A stretch of 64,000 nt of DNA from an uncultured delta proteobacterium (GTDB lineage Bacteria; Myxococcota_A; Polyangia; Polyangiales; B10-G4): positions 96,001 to 160,000 of the forward strand of contig CAVSGI010000020.1 of NCBI GenBank assembly GCA_963727445.1. Reading direction: 5' to 3'. Below, piece after piece: positions 39,989 through 51,185 of this stretch. Within the stretch, counting starts at the first letter, position 1. Every line of letters begins with the position of its first letter. The translations under genes were made by a program, and so were the position numbers. Below the pieces are notes generated by a model. That model made no database searches, was not told the origin of the DNA, and worked only from the letters and a program-made list of their open reading frames with translations.

Positions 39989-42007
39989 TCAGTGGCAGCG
40001 GACGCCCGTGGCCAGGTCCTGTTGCACTGCGGCGAGCCATGGATCGGCGTCCGCACGGGGGTCCTGTTCGGCCGCGGCCAGGAGCTCGCGCGCCGGTGCC
40101 TCGTCGCCCGTGCGGAGCGCCAACTCCACTCCGGCGAGGAGCGTCTCGCGGCTCTCGCCGAGCGAATGCGCCTGCGCGATGGCGTTCTTCGCCGCAGCCG
40201 GGTCGCATGCCGCCACTGCCGACAGCGCGCGATAGGCATGGACGATCGGGACCAGGGGATAGTGAGGCGCGGCCCGCGAGAGGTCGGCGAGGGCGGTCTC
40301 GGCGAGGCGGCGCTCGGCGTCGTTCGCGGGCGCTCGAAAGCCGCCGTCCATGCCGCGGGAGAGCTCACGCATGGCCAGCACCCCTTCGTACCAGGCGCGG
40401 ATCGCGTCGGCGTGGCCCTCGGGGTCGAGGCGCTCGATCTCCACGCGCATCGCTTCCACCGGTGCCTCGGGTGCGAGCAGCGGCGTCGGGTCGAGACGCG
40501 GGGGAAGCGTGCGAAAAGCGCGGCTCTCGATGAGCGCCTCGCGGCCGGGCACGTAGGCGGTGTAGAGGACGTGGTCGTCCTCGATCGAGATCGGGTAGTA
40601 GCCCTCGATGCGCGTCAGGTTCATCAGTGCGATCTGCGTCTCCGAGGAGGAGAACTCGAGCACGAGGGTGTCGACGCCGTAGCGAACCAGCAGCGGCTCG
40701 AGCTGGTCTGGCACGGACAGCGCCCTGCCCACTTCGTGAAGATGATCGACGCCGTAGAAGGGGACGCGGCCATCCACCAGGAAGCGCGAGGAAGGCGATG
40801 CGTACATCAGATACCAGCTGGTCTGGATCGGGGCGAGGACGCGAGCGCCCCTCAGGTCGCGCTCGAGGACCCGTCCGGCGACCACCGGCAGCTTGCTGTC
40901 GTCGATGCCGACTCCGAAGCCGTAGTCCGGCGGGAGCGTCGGGCTCAGCACCACGGCGAGGCCCGTCATCACCACCATCGTTGCGGCGACCAGCGCGGGA
41001 GCGCGGCGCCGCACGCGGAGGCGGAGAATGCGCGCGAGACCGGGGGCGAGGAGGGGCGCCGAGAGCATGAGGAAGGTCGCGATGAAGCGAAGCGAGCGAA
41101 AGGCGGCCAGCGCCAACGCCGACGCGGTGGTGAGGGCGGTTCGCTGCACCTCGCCGCCGCGAAAGAGCGGGATGGCGGCGATGGCCAGCAGGAGCGCTTG
41201 GGCGACGAGCGCGATCAGATAGAAGACGGGGTCGGTCTCGGACCAGGGGGCCCACTCGCGCACCGCGACGCGGAAGGCGGGGTCGACGACGTGGGCGATG
41301 GCGTCGATGACGATGGCGGGCCCGAAGGGAGAGACGCACGAAGCGACGGCAGTTCCGCCGAGGACCAGGGCGAGGTCGCGGCGTGGGCCGGGGAGCTTCA
41401 GCACCGGCACGAGGTGGGTGAGCACCAGGAGCACGCCGAGGAGATGCGAGCCGTGCAGGTTCACCCAGAAGACGTGGGCGACGGTCAGTCCCGCGATCCA
41501 GAGGATGCGGCCTCGCCGGGACAGCGCGCCGGCGGTGAGCCTCCCGAGGCCGACGAGGTAGAGCGCGGCCAGAGAGTAGCCGAAGAGCTCGGGGCGCATC
41601 GTCAGCCGAAAGCGCGCCCCGGGGATCGACCAGAGGAGCAGGGCGGCGGCGACGAGGACCGACAGCGCCGGCAGGCGCTCGTCGTCGGCTGCGCGCCGCA
41701 ACAGGAGGACGGCGGTGGCGGCGAGCAGGACCGACTTGAGGACGAGCAGGCCCCCCGCCCCGAAGGCCGCGAAGATCCACCAGGTGATCAGATCGCTGCC
41801 CCACTCGTAGTTGCGCCAGGGCTGGGGCGTATCTCGGAAGAAGGAGAAGTGATCGACGGCCGGGACGTAGCCGAGCTCGGCGATCTCGCGGCCCTGCGCG
41901 AGGTGACCGAAGGTGTCGTTGTTGTGAATCGGAAAGAGGCCGGCGACGACCAGGGCGGCGGTGGCGAGCGCGGCCGCGACCCACGCGGCGCGCGAGAGCC
42001 TCTTCAC
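39989..42007 (-). CDS. Multi-TM GT-C-like membrane protein with a C-terminal TPR-like tail
   Basis: DTFGHLAQG...P.VDHFSF...PWRNYEW, RPE, WVNLHG, VDGR; GTGA overlap with the upstream gene. Confidence 0.75.
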   Translation of the reverse strand: MKRLSRAAWVAAALATAALVVAGLFPIHNNDTFGHLAQGREIAELGYVPAVDHFSFFRDTPQPWRNYEWGSDLITWWIFAAFGAGGLLVLKSVLLAATAVLLLRRAADDERLPALSVLVAAALLLWSIPGARFRLTMRPELFGYSLAALYLVGLGRLTAGALSRRGRILWIAGLTVAHVFWVNLHGSHLLGVLLVLTHLVPVLKLPGPRRDLALVLGGTAVASCVSPFGPAIVIDAIAHVVDPAFRVAVREWAPWSETDPVFYLIALVAQALLLAIAAIPLFRGGEVQRTALTTASALALAAFRSLRFIATFLMLSAPLLAPGLARILRLRVRRRAPALVAATMVVMTGLAVVLSPTLPPDYGFGVGIDDSKLPVVAGRVLERDLRGARVLAPIQTSWYLMYASPSSRFLVDGRVPFYGVDHLHEVGRALSVPDQLEPLLVRYGVDTLVLEFSSSETQIALMNLTRIEGYYPISIEDDHVLYTAYVPGREALIESRAFRTLPPRLDPTPLLAPEAPVEAMRVEIERLDPEGHADAIRAWYEGVLAMRELSRGMDGGFRAPANDAERRLAETALADLSRAAPHYPLVPIVHAYRALSAVAACDPAAAKNAIAQAHSLGESRETLLAGVELALRTGDEAPARELLAAAEQDPRADADPWLAAVQQDLATGVRCH

Positions 42008-43389
42008 TTCAGCCACGGGAGGACCACGAGCACGTACGCCACCGCGAGCACGAGCTGGATCACCGCGTAGGGCAGCGCCTTCTTCACGAAGCCAGCGAAG
42101 GTCAGAGGAACCTCGTACTTGTGCATCAGGGTGACCGAGACCACGGTGCTCGCCGAGCCGATGGGCGTCAGGTTGCCGCCCAGGTTCGCACCGAAGATCA
42201 CCGCCCACCAGAGCCCGGAGTCGCTGGGGGTGTCGAGGCCCTGGAGGATCTTCGAGAGCATGGCGGCGAGCGGGATGTTGTCGGTGACGGCGCTGAACGC
42301 GGAGGCGGAGACGAGAATCGACGCCTGGCCGGCTTTGGGGCCGAGCCCCACGAGCGCGCCGAGGCCGTGGCCGATGACCTCCAGCACCTCGGCGTGCTCC
42401 ATCACGTTGATGACCTCGAAGAGGAAGATGAAGAAGAGCAGAAGGTCCCAGTCGAGCGCCTTGTAGAAGCTGTCGACCTTGTGCTTGAAGCGGATCAGCA
42501 TGATCACGCCGAAGGCGATGGCCACGAAGCCCATCCCGAGCCCGCTCACGTAGGGAAGGATGCTGGTGGTGGCGATGCCGATGATGAAGAGCAGGGTCAT
42601 CGCCGAAGCGAAGTAGAAGAACCGGTCGCTCTCGACCCCGTCGTTTTCGTCGAAGGTCGACACCAGCTCGTTGGCCGCCTTCTTCTCTTCGTCGGTGGCG
42701 AGCCCTCGGATCCCGAAGAGGCGCGCGCCGAGAGCGATGGTCACGATGGTCGCCACCAGCACGAAGGGGCTCGACACGATGAAGAAGCGCACGAAGCTGA
42801 TGCCCGCCGCCTGGCCCACGATGATGTTGGGGACGCTCGAGATGAGGGTGAGCAGGCCGCCGATGTTCGTCAGTAGCCCTTCCACCAGCAGAAAGCCCAG
42901 GAGCTGTTCTTTGCGCTCGAGCTTGCGGAGGGAGACCGCGGAGAGGGAGCCGACGATGATCATCGCCGTCACGTTGTTGAGGACGGCCGAGAAGAGGACC
43001 GTCATCAGCCCGTAGTAGATCAGGAGCTTGAGCGGGTCTCCGCCGGAGGCCTTCGTCAGCTTGATCGCGATCCAGGTGAAGACGCCCGAGCGCGCGGTCA
43101 CGTCGACGAAGAGGCTCGAGCCGAAGATGATGGTGATGACGCCCCAGTCGACCGCCGGGACGTAGACCGGCAGGTCGATGTGCATGCCGAAGGCATCGTC
43201 GACCCCGCCGAGAGGGAGGATCCCGCAGACGGCGCCGGCGAAGAGCGTGACCACCGCGAAGACGCCGGTGATGAGTGACTTCTTCGCGTGGATCTTCTCC
43301 TCGAGCGCGAGCGCGACGATCATCAGCACGAGGATGGCGCCGAAGAGCAGCGTCACCCCCATCGGGACGTGTGGTACGTGCTCGTTCAA
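42004..43389 (-). CDS. ArsB/NhaD (SLC13-like) ion transporter
   Basis: SAVLNNVT, TNIGGLLTLISSVPNI, SAVTDNIP, GANLGGNLTPIGSAST. Confidence 0.88.
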   Translation of the reverse strand: MNEHVPHVPMGVTLLFGAILVLMIVALALEEKIHAKKSLITGVFAVVTLFAGAVCGILPLGGVDDAFGMHIDLPVYVPAVDWGVITIIFGSSLFVDVTARSGVFTWIAIKLTKASGGDPLKLLIYYGLMTVLFSAVLNNVTAMIIVGSLSAVSLRKLERKEQLLGFLLVEGLLTNIGGLLTLISSVPNIIVGQAAGISFVRFFIVSSPFVLVATIVTIALGARLFGIRGLATDEEKKAANELVSTFDENDGVESDRFFYFASAMTLLFIIGIATTSILPYVSGLGMGFVAIAFGVIMLIRFKHKVDSFYKALDWDLLLFFIFLFEVINVMEHAEVLEVIGHGLGALVGLGPKAGQASILVSASAFSAVTDNIPLAAMLSKILQGLDTPSDSGLWWAVIFGANLGGNLTPIGSASTVVSVTLMHKYEVPLTFAGFVKKALPYAVIQLVLAVAYVLVVLPWLK

Positions 43390-43396
43390 ACCTTCC

Positions 43397-44248
43397 TCAG
43401 ATCAGGAGCAGCGGGAGATTGCGGAGCTCGACCGCGAGGGGGTAGGCGGTGCCGTGCATGGCCACCTGGTCGTCGTCGCGGCTGTGGAAGATGAGGACGT
43501 CGACGCGGAACTTCTCCACGAGGTGCTTGTAGTCCGAGACCTTGTGGCCGGTCTGAACGATGGGGCTCACGGTGATCGGCACGTCGGCGGCTTCGATGGC
43601 GGCGCGACAGGTCTCGATGTACTCGGTCGGCTCTTGCAGCAGCTGCTCGAGGATCTCCTCGCGCGCGACGTCGGTGTCGAGCTGAGGGATCTTGCCGATG
43701 ACGTCGATGTAGCGCTGGTAGGTCTGGTCGTCCTCCACGTGGGTGAGCCGGAGCGAGCCACCCTCGCGGGTCATGCGGACGCCCCAGTTCACCAGGTCGT
43801 CGTCGCCGGTGAGGTGGTCGGCGACCACCATGACGCTGTCGGTGTCGGAGTTCTGCCACTCCATGTCCGGCACCTCGTGGGGGTTCGGCACCACCAGCAC
43901 CGGGGTCGTGGTCTTCTGAGTCAGGACGTTGAGAAAGGCCCCCAGGCTGAAGGGCCAGCGCCAGGCGCGACTCTTCAGGTTGCGATAGGTCACCACCAGG
44001 TCGGGGGCGAGCTCTTTCTCCGCGTCGAGGAGCTGCTGCACCTCGTCGAACTCCGCGCCGGTGAGCACCAGCCACTCCGCATCGGCGATCACTCCCAGGA
44101 GCTTCTTCACCGCCCCGAGATAGGTTTCTTGCTCGTCACCTTCGAGGTCCGACACCACCAGAACGCGCTTCACCTCGGGCGGAGAGAAGGTGAAACGCTT
44201 CTTGTCGGCGGCTCGAAAGCTGCTCTCGAACTCGTCTACGCGCAGCAT
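43397..44248 (-). CDS. Tandem universal-stress-protein-like protein
   Basis: Two alpha/beta halves ending PVLVVP and LPLLLI; LRLTHV. Confidence 0.65.
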   Translation of the reverse strand: MLRVDEFESSFRAADKKRFTFSPPEVKRVLVVSDLEGDEQETYLGAVKKLLGVIADAEWLVLTGAEFDEVQQLLDAEKELAPDLVVTYRNLKSRAWRWPFSLGAFLNVLTQKTTTPVLVVPNPHEVPDMEWQNSDTDSVMVVADHLTGDDDLVNWGVRMTREGGSLRLTHVEDDQTYQRYIDVIGKIPQLDTDVAREEILEQLLQEPTEYIETCRAAIEAADVPITVSPIVQTGHKVSDYKHLVEKFRVDVLIFHSRDDDQVAMHGTAYPLAVELRNLPLLLI

Positions 44249-44413
44249 GGCGCGCGGAGGATAACGTCATGGGGCGCGAGACTGAAGCGGGAGTCGCGCC
44301 AGGTCCACGGCGCGCGACGGCCGCGGCGACGCGAGCTCTGCGGTTTGCGGTCAAAATGATCGCGCCGTCTGCCTCGGTCGGCGAAATCTCCACCTTCGCG
44401 GTATATTGGAAGA

Positions 44414-45520
44414 GTGCAGCGTATCCTCCTCACCACTCTGCTGGCGTTCTGTGGGTGCACGGATGGGAGCGCGCTCCTCCTCGTCAATGTCCGCACCTCG
44501 CTGGTGCCAGGCGTGGACTTCGAACGGGTGACGACCTTCATCCACCCGAGCGGCTCCGATGAGGTGGTCGCGCACGTCGATCAGCCCGCGGATCCGCTGC
44601 GGGACTACGTTTCTGGCGACCGCGTTGCAGAGATCGAGTTGGGCGCGGGCGCGTATGACGTGGTGGTGGAGCTCTCCTGCGGCGGAGAGGTGACCGCCAG
44701 TGGAACGGGAATGGCTGACGTCGTCGAAACCAGCGCAGTGACGATCGATGTCGACGGCGTCGGCGGGTGCCGGCGCGACGGCGGGCCGGCGGACGCGAGC
44801 CTCGATGGTGGCGTCGACGGCGCTGCCACCGATGCCGACGTGCTCGATGTTTCAGTCGACGCTGCCCCGGACGAGACCGCCTGCGACGACATCCTCGCGG
44901 GGGCGATCTTCTGCGACTCGTTCGAGGCGTCGGATTTTTCGCTTTGGGACTCGGTTCGGGAGATGGACGGTCGCGTGATGCGCACCACCGATCCGGTGTG
45001 GCGCGGGTCGGGTGCGCTCTCCGCCGCGTCCCTGGCCGCTTCTGGCGTCGCCAACCTCTTCGGCGCTCGACTCGCCGACGTCACGTCGGGTGATCTCTGG
45101 CTTCGCGCCTACGTCTACGTCCCGTCGGGAACGGCCTTCGACGACGTCAAGGTGCTCACCCTCCACGAAGGTTCCGCTCCCTATGCAGGCGTCGCGTTCG
45201 GGCTGACCACCGGTGACCGCCCCTATGTCATGGCGACCACCGGCAGCGTCTCCGCCGTCGCGACCGACCTCCGATTCGATCGGGATCGCTGGGTTTGCGT
45301 GGTCCTCCATGTCGATGTCGATGACGCCGCAGGAGCGATGGCGCTCCAAATCGACGGGGAACCGGCTGTCGAACGCACGGGCATCGACACACTCCCCGAC
45401 ACGGGTTACCAGGACGTCGTCGTCGGCATCGGGTTCACCTCCACCGCTCAGCTGCCCATCGGGCTCTTCGTCGACGAAGTCGCCCTCGATGACGCTCTGA
45501 TCCCATGCGACGGACCTTAG
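44414..45520 (+). CDS. Lipoprotein with an N-terminal beta domain, DAG linker and a jelly-roll (LamG/lyase-like) domain
   Basis: LLAFCG-C; LLVNVRTSLVPGVDF; CDSFE...LWLRAYVYVP...RWVCV...VDEVAL. Confidence 0.75.
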   Translation: MQRILLTTLLAFCGCTDGSALLLVNVRTSLVPGVDFERVTTFIHPSGSDEVVAHVDQPADPLRDYVSGDRVAEIELGAGAYDVVVELSCGGEVTASGTGMADVVETSAVTIDVDGVGGCRRDGGPADASLDGGVDGAATDADVLDVSVDAAPDETACDDILAGAIFCDSFEASDFSLWDSVREMDGRVMRTTDPVWRGSGALSAASLAASGVANLFGARLADVTSGDLWLRAYVYVPSGTAFDDVKVLTLHEGSAPYAGVAFGLTTGDRPYVMATTGSVSAVATDLRFDRDRWVCVVLHVDVDDAAGAMALQIDGEPAVERTGIDTLPDTGYQDVVVGIGFTSTAQLPIGLFVDEVALDDALIPCDGP

Positions 45521-45630
45521 GACAGGCGCGCTGCTCGTGACCTGGTACGCATCGACGGATCACACGCGAGCGCGTAGGGCCGCCGACTGGAGTCGGCATT
45601 CGGGCTGGGTGCCCGGACGATTCGAACTGC

Positions 45631-46756
45631 TCAGGGGATCGGGATGACCGTCGGGGTGGGGAAGGAACCCGCGAGGTCATTGCCGAACTGTCGCTGGCTG
45701 TTGTCACCCCAACAGTACACCGTGCCCGTTCCATCGAGCGCGCAGGTGTGTTGGGCACCGCACTCGACGTCGATGATGTTGGAGATGCGCGTGACGTTCG
45801 TGACCGGCGTCGTGCGCGAGGTGGTCGTTCCATCCCCCAGCTGACCCTGGTTGTTGCTGCCCCAACACTGGACGGACCCATCGGCGCGCGCGGCGCAGGA
45901 GTGCTTCTGGCCAGCGGAGACGTCCACGAATCCTGTCCCTGGCACGGGGTAGGGGATGAGTCGATCCAGGCTCGCGGGTGGGCTCACCTGACCTCGATCG
46001 TTTTGGCCCCAGCACGTGACGTTCGTGTCGGTCTTGACCGCGCAGGTGTGGGCCTCTCCCGCGTCTGCCATCACGACGTTGGAGAACCCGAGGTCGACTG
46101 GCGAGCTCGCCGGCGAGAGACTGCTCGCTCCCAGTTGCCCGTGCGATCCGTCGCCCCAGCAGCAGAGGCGGCCGGCGCCCCACCCGCAGGTATGCGCCTT
46201 GCCAGCCGTGATCCCTTCGAAGCGATCGGACACGCTGTCCAACACGGGGACCGTGGCGATCTCTCCGAAGGCGCCGGTGCCCAGCTGTCCCGCGTCGTTG
46301 TTGCCCCAGCACGCGTAGTCACCGCTTTCGAAAGCGGCGCAGGAGTGCCGGTAGCCTGCAGCCACGCTGACCGCGAAATAAGAGATGCTGGCGGTCACCG
46401 GGAGGAGAGCCACGGCAGAAGAAGACCCGTCGCCAAGTCGGCCGTCGTTCGCGTTACCCCAGCAAGCGATGACGCCTGAAGAGTCGATCGCGCACGTGTG
46501 ACTCTGTCCCGCAGAAGCCCGGACAGCCATCCGTGGCGGATCCGTCGGTGGGCGATCCGTCGAGGAGCGTGGCGTCGACGAGTCCGCTGTCCCTTGGGGC
46601 GCCGTCGCGCTGGTCGCTGTCCAGGCGCGCGCTGTCACCCGGCGTCACGCCCCCATCACTCGCGGCGCCGTGCGGATTGGCGTCGAGGAGGAGGCCGCAG
46701 CCCGAGAGCAAGATCAGCAGCCCGAGCGTGCCCGCCGTCCCCCACGTATGCCCCAT
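45631..46756 (-). CDS. RCC1-repeat lipoprotein, frameshift at about 46525
   Basis: LLSG-CGLLLD in one frame; AGxxHTCA...CWGxNxxGQLG repeats in another. Confidence 0.8.
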
Positions 46757-46904
46757 GACCTCGTGAGTATACGCCTCGGTCGCCGAGAAGGCCCGATAGC
46801 TCCCCGGACGGGGCCCAGCTCTTCGAGCCATCGCGCCACACCGCGCACGCGCGCGCCGTCGACCCACGCGGCGCGGATCGCACGATGTCGGTAGACTGGG
46901 GATC

Positions 46905-49277
46905 GTGGCGTTTCCAATCCTCGTCGCTCTGTCGCTGGTGAACGCGGGCTGTGGGCGCATCGGCTACGATCCCCTGACGCGTGACGGCGGAGCCGACGCC
47001 ATGGATGGCGCGGTCGACGCGTCGTGCGTCGGCGTGAGCCTCGAGAGTGACAACACCAATTGCGGCAGATGCGGCAACGTCTGCCCTTTGGGGCTCCCTT
47101 GCAGCGGCGGCGCGTGCGTCGACTCGGAGATCGTGGGAATCGCCGCGGGTGGATTCCATACCTGCCTCTGGCGCGCGGCGGGAACTGCCGCGTGTTGGGG
47201 CGCCAACGCCTTCGGCGAGCTGGGAGCGCCCGTCGAGGCGTCGCAGCCGACACCCGTGACCGTGCGCGGGGTGATGAGCGCGACCTCGATGGTGGCTGGC
47301 GAAGCGCACACGTGTGCGCTCGTCGATGGAGGCCAGGTGCGCTGCTGGGGTCGCAACGTGGACGGCCGCCTCGGAGACGGCACGACCACCGACTCCGACT
47401 CGCCGGTCGACGTCGTCGGTCTCGCGGCGGTGACCCAGATCTCGGCAGGCGCCTTTCACACCTGCGCGGTCACCAGCGACAGCGTCGTCTACTGCTGGGG
47501 TCGAAACGACGGTGGACAGGTTGGCGATGGCTCGACCGTTGATGCGCTTTCACCGTCCGCCGTGACTGGGCTACCCGCCGCGACCGCGGTCGCCACAGGG
47601 CGATCGCACACCTGCGCGCTCCTCGGAGATGGAACCGTCCGCTGCTGGGGCGAGAACGCGAACGGCCAGCTCGGCACCGGCGGCGGCCCCGGCTCCCCCA
47701 GCCCCCAGGAGGTCACCGGGCTCAGCGGGATCACGCTCATCGCAGCCGGCGACGAGGTGAGCTGCGCCAGCGCCGCGGATGGACGCTCGTGGTGCTGGGG
47801 GCAGGGAGAGTGGGGCGGGCTCGGCAACGGCGCCAGCGGCGTCGCGCTCTCGCCGGCGCTTCGGATGGGCTCGGGCGGCATCGTCCAGATGATCTCCGGG
47901 GTCCACTCCTGCACGCGCCACGATGGCGGCTCGGTGGAATGCTCGGGCTGCGGGCGCTTCGGACAGCTCGGCTCGAACACCTTCCCCTACTACCAGACGA
48001 ACGTCGTCCCGGTGACCGGCCTCGACGACGCCGTCTCGATCGTCCGAGGCGCGAGCCACACCTGCGCGTTGCGCTCCGCCGGAGACGTCGTGTGCTGGGG
48101 CCTCGACGAGCACGGCCAGCTCGGCTCTGGCTCGCTGCCTGCCGCCTCCTCCCCGGTCGCAGTGCCCGGGGTCGACGCGATCGACGTAGCCGTCGGGGCC
48201 CATCACACCTGCGCAGCCCTTCGGACCGGCCAGGTGGCGTGCTGGGGCTACGACATCAACGGCCAGCTCGGGTCGGGCGCGTCGGGGGACACCCCGACGC
48301 CCAGCACACTGCTCGAGATCGACGACGCGGTGGACGTGGAAGCTGGCGGAATTCGCAGCTGCGCGATCCGCAGCGGCGGCCGCGTCAGCTGCTGGGGAGA
48401 TGGCCGCAACGGCGGGCTCGGAAACGGCGCCGACAGGGACTCACGCAACGCGGTGGATGTGGTCGGTCTCACCGACGCCACTTCGCTGTCCATGGGAAGC
48501 AGCTTCACCTGTGGGGTGTCCGCGGGGGGTGGTGTCTTCTGCTGGGGAACGAACGCGGAGGGTCAAGTCGGCGACGGGACGACGACCTTCCGCACCTCGG
48601 CCGTGCCAGTCGTGGGTGGGGACGCCTTCGTGAAGGTGTCCTGCGGTCGAGAGCACGCTTGCGCCATCGACAGCGCCGGCGCGCTCTTCTGCTGGGGGTA
48701 CAACGCGGGTGGACAGCTGGGAGACGGGACCACCGACAACCAGCCGACGGCCGTCGCGGTAGATGGAATCGGGCCGGTCGACGAGGTCGCTGCCGGAACG
48801 CTGCACACCTGCGCGATCGACCGGTCGGGGCAGGTCTACTGTTGGGGAGACAACGGTCGCGGTGAGCTCGGCGATGGCACCACCACACGCCGGGCCCACC
48901 CCACACCCGTCACTGGTCTCTCGGACGCCGTGAGCATCTACGCCGCGGATGGGTCGGCGTGGCGCATCATGCCGGCGGAGGGGAGCTATCCCCGGGGCCG
49001 TGGAACCTGCGCCCTGCGCTCGTCGGGTGCGCTCGTCTGCTGGGGGCAGGGGCGGCAGGGACAGCTCGGCAACGGCGCGATGCGAAACAGCGCGAGTCCG
49101 GTCGAGGTGGTCGGAGCTACCAGTGGTGTGAGGCGCGTCAGCGTGGGCTCAGCGCACGCTTGTCTGCTTTCGACGACGGGAGAGGTGTCCTGCTGGGGGT
49201 CTCGCTTCGCGGGAGAGCTCGGCGAGGGCACGGAGATGGGGTTCTTCGGCATGCCGCGTCCACTCATCCTTCCCTGA
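46905..49277 (+). CDS. Large RCC1-repeat lipoprotein, about 14 repeats
   Basis: VNAG-CGRIGYD; repeated HTCA...CWG.N..GQLG. Confidence 0.92.
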   Translation: MAFPILVALSLVNAGCGRIGYDPLTRDGGADAMDGAVDASCVGVSLESDNTNCGRCGNVCPLGLPCSGGACVDSEIVGIAAGGFHTCLWRAAGTAACWGANAFGELGAPVEASQPTPVTVRGVMSATSMVAGEAHTCALVDGGQVRCWGRNVDGRLGDGTTTDSDSPVDVVGLAAVTQISAGAFHTCAVTSDSVVYCWGRNDGGQVGDGSTVDALSPSAVTGLPAATAVATGRSHTCALLGDGTVRCWGENANGQLGTGGGPGSPSPQEVTGLSGITLIAAGDEVSCASAADGRSWCWGQGEWGGLGNGASGVALSPALRMGSGGIVQMISGVHSCTRHDGGSVECSGCGRFGQLGSNTFPYYQTNVVPVTGLDDAVSIVRGASHTCALRSAGDVVCWGLDEHGQLGSGSLPAASSPVAVPGVDAIDVAVGAHHTCAALRTGQVACWGYDINGQLGSGASGDTPTPSTLLEIDDAVDVEAGGIRSCAIRSGGRVSCWGDGRNGGLGNGADRDSRNAVDVVGLTDATSLSMGSSFTCGVSAGGGVFCWGTNAEGQVGDGTTTFRTSAVPVVGGDAFVKVSCGREHACAIDSAGALFCWGYNAGGQLGDGTTDNQPTAVAVDGIGPVDEVAAGTLHTCAIDRSGQVYCWGDNGRGELGDGTTTRRAHPTPVTGLSDAVSIYAADGSAWRIMPAEGSYPRGRGTCALRSSGALVCWGQGRQGQLGNGAMRNSASPVEVVGATSGVRRVSVGSAHACLLSTTGEVSCWGSRFAGELGEGTEMGFFGMPRPLILP

Positions 49278-49520
49278 TTCTCATTGCGCGCCGGTGGTAG
49301 GCGAGGCGTGGGGTGAACATTCCTGCGCGCCGAGGCCCGAGACCCCAATGCCCCGAGAAATCCCTTCGCCCTTCAAGACTCAGACGGGCACCGGTCCGTG
49401 GCCTCGAGCGATCACGAACGAGGACATGAGGGGTCAACTCGGCCCCTCCCAGCTCAGCGAATGGTCGAGGAGACCCACCCGACCGCCGGTTCCATGGAGC
49501 AAAGCCGACGTAATGAGCCT

Positions 49521-51155
49521 ATGCTGATCAGGTCGATGCAGGCCGGAGACACGTTCGGCGACTACGAGGTCGTGACGAGGCTCCAGGGTGGTGGAATGGC
49601 CAGCCTGTGGCTCGCGAGGAGGCGCGGCGCCGCCGGGTTCACCCGACCGGTGATCATCAAGATCGTCCACCCCCACCTCGCCACCGACGAGGACTTCGTG
49701 AAGATGTTCGTCGACGAGGCCAAGATCGCGGCGCGCATCGATCACCCGAACATCGTCCACGTCGAGGCGCTCGGCGAGCAGGATGGTGCCTTCTACATGG
49801 TCATGGAGTACGTGCACGGCGCGTCGCTCGCCGAGCTCCGCCGCGCGCTGCGCAAGAAGGGCCGCGCGATGGGGCCCGCGGTCGCGACCGCCATCGTCAT
49901 GCGCATCGCGGACGGGTTGCACGGCGCGCACGAGACGTGTGACGACAGCGGTGAGCTGCTCAACGTCGTCCATCGCGACGTGAGCCCGCACAACGTGCTG
50001 CTTTCCCACCGGGGGCACGTCAAGGTCATCGACTTCGGCGTGGCGAAGGCGCGCGGGCGGTCGATCCAGACCACCGGTGGCTCGCTGAAGGGCAAGATCC
50101 GCTACATGTCTCCAGAGCAGGCGTTCGGTCGGGAGGTCGATCGGCGCACGGACATCTACGCGCTCGGCATCGTGCTCTGGGAGTTGCTCACGCAGCGCGC
50201 GCTCTTCAAGGGCTCGAGCGAGATGGAGCTGCTCGAAGCCGTGCGGCACCCCGCGGTGCGGCCCGCCCGTGCACACAACCCGGCGGTCAGCAGCGCGCTC
50301 GACGCCGTTCTCGCGCGCACGCTCGCCGAGAACCCGGACGACCGGCCCGCGACGGCCGAGGAGCTCCGCCAGCTCCTGGGCGAAGCGATCCCCGAAGCCC
50401 TCGCGGTCGACGCTGCGCGCATCGCGGGTCTCCTGCAGGCGACCGTGCCCGAGCTTCTCGCGTCACGAGCCGAGCTGGTTCGTGCGAGTGCGCCTGACGC
50501 GAGCGCCTCTGTCGTCTCCAGCGACGGTGCCGACCAGAGCGCGCAGGAGCTCATCGAGAACCTCACGATCAGCGTCGAGCTCTCGGAGCCCAGCGCCGTC
50601 CGGGATTCGAGCGCGAGCCGCGCTGTCCCGGCGACCGGCCCGACGCCGCCGATGCCGGCGCCGGTCGCGCCCGAGGCGAGCGCCTGGTCGCGGATGAGCA
50701 GGGGAGCACAGGCGGCGGTGCTCGGCGTGTTGCTCATCGCCGCAGTGGGGGCAGGCTTCGCTGCAGCGCTGTCGCTCACGAGCGCCGAGGAGGCGCCGGG
50801 CGGGGACGCGGCCTCGTCCATGGCCGCCGCGCCGCCAACGGTCGCCATCGACGACGAGACGGCAACAGCAGAGGATGCGAACGAGGCCTCACACGCCGCT
50901 ATCGCCAGCGACGCTGGCGCTGGCGACGCATTCGCGGGAGCCAACGCCGTCGCGGAGGACTCACCAAGTGTCCCGGCCGACGCCGACGAGCAACGCGCCG
51001 ACGCTGAGGGTGAGGGCGAGGGTGATCCCGGCTCGGCCGCCGGCGCGATGCGCGCGCGCCCAGGAGGGCGGCGCCACCCGCGGTCCGCCATGGCCACGCG
51101 CGAAGGCGGCATGATGGGCCTCACGATCCCACTCGCGGGGGCCGACGAGTTCTGA
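49521..51155 (+). CDS. Membrane Ser/Thr protein kinase
   Basis: GGGMA, IIK, HRDVSPHN, DFGVAK, GKIRYMSPE, DIYALG; TM helix and low-complexity tail. Confidence 0.95.
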   Translation: MLIRSMQAGDTFGDYEVVTRLQGGGMASLWLARRRGAAGFTRPVIIKIVHPHLATDEDFVKMFVDEAKIAARIDHPNIVHVEALGEQDGAFYMVMEYVHGASLAELRRALRKKGRAMGPAVATAIVMRIADGLHGAHETCDDSGELLNVVHRDVSPHNVLLSHRGHVKVIDFGVAKARGRSIQTTGGSLKGKIRYMSPEQAFGREVDRRTDIYALGIVLWELLTQRALFKGSSEMELLEAVRHPAVRPARAHNPAVSSALDAVLARTLAENPDDRPATAEELRQLLGEAIPEALAVDAARIAGLLQATVPELLASRAELVRASAPDASASVVSSDGADQSAQELIENLTISVELSEPSAVRDSSASRAVPATGPTPPMPAPVAPEASAWSRMSRGAQAAVLGVLLIAAVGAGFAAALSLTSAEEAPGGDAASSMAAAPPTVAIDDETATAEDANEASHAAIASDAGAGDAFAGANAVAEDSPSVPADADEQRADAEGEGEGDPGSAAGAMRARPGGRRHPRSAMATREGGMMGLTIPLAGADEF

Positions 51156-51185
51156 GCGATCGGCCTTCGCCGCGCGCGCCCGTGC

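Noticed and set aside
39488..42070. Long antisense or alternate-frame ORFs (also 24960..27467, 13672..15633, 29888..31366)
   Set aside because: These are shadow ORFs expected at high GC; they overlap well-supported genes and lack recognisable motifs.
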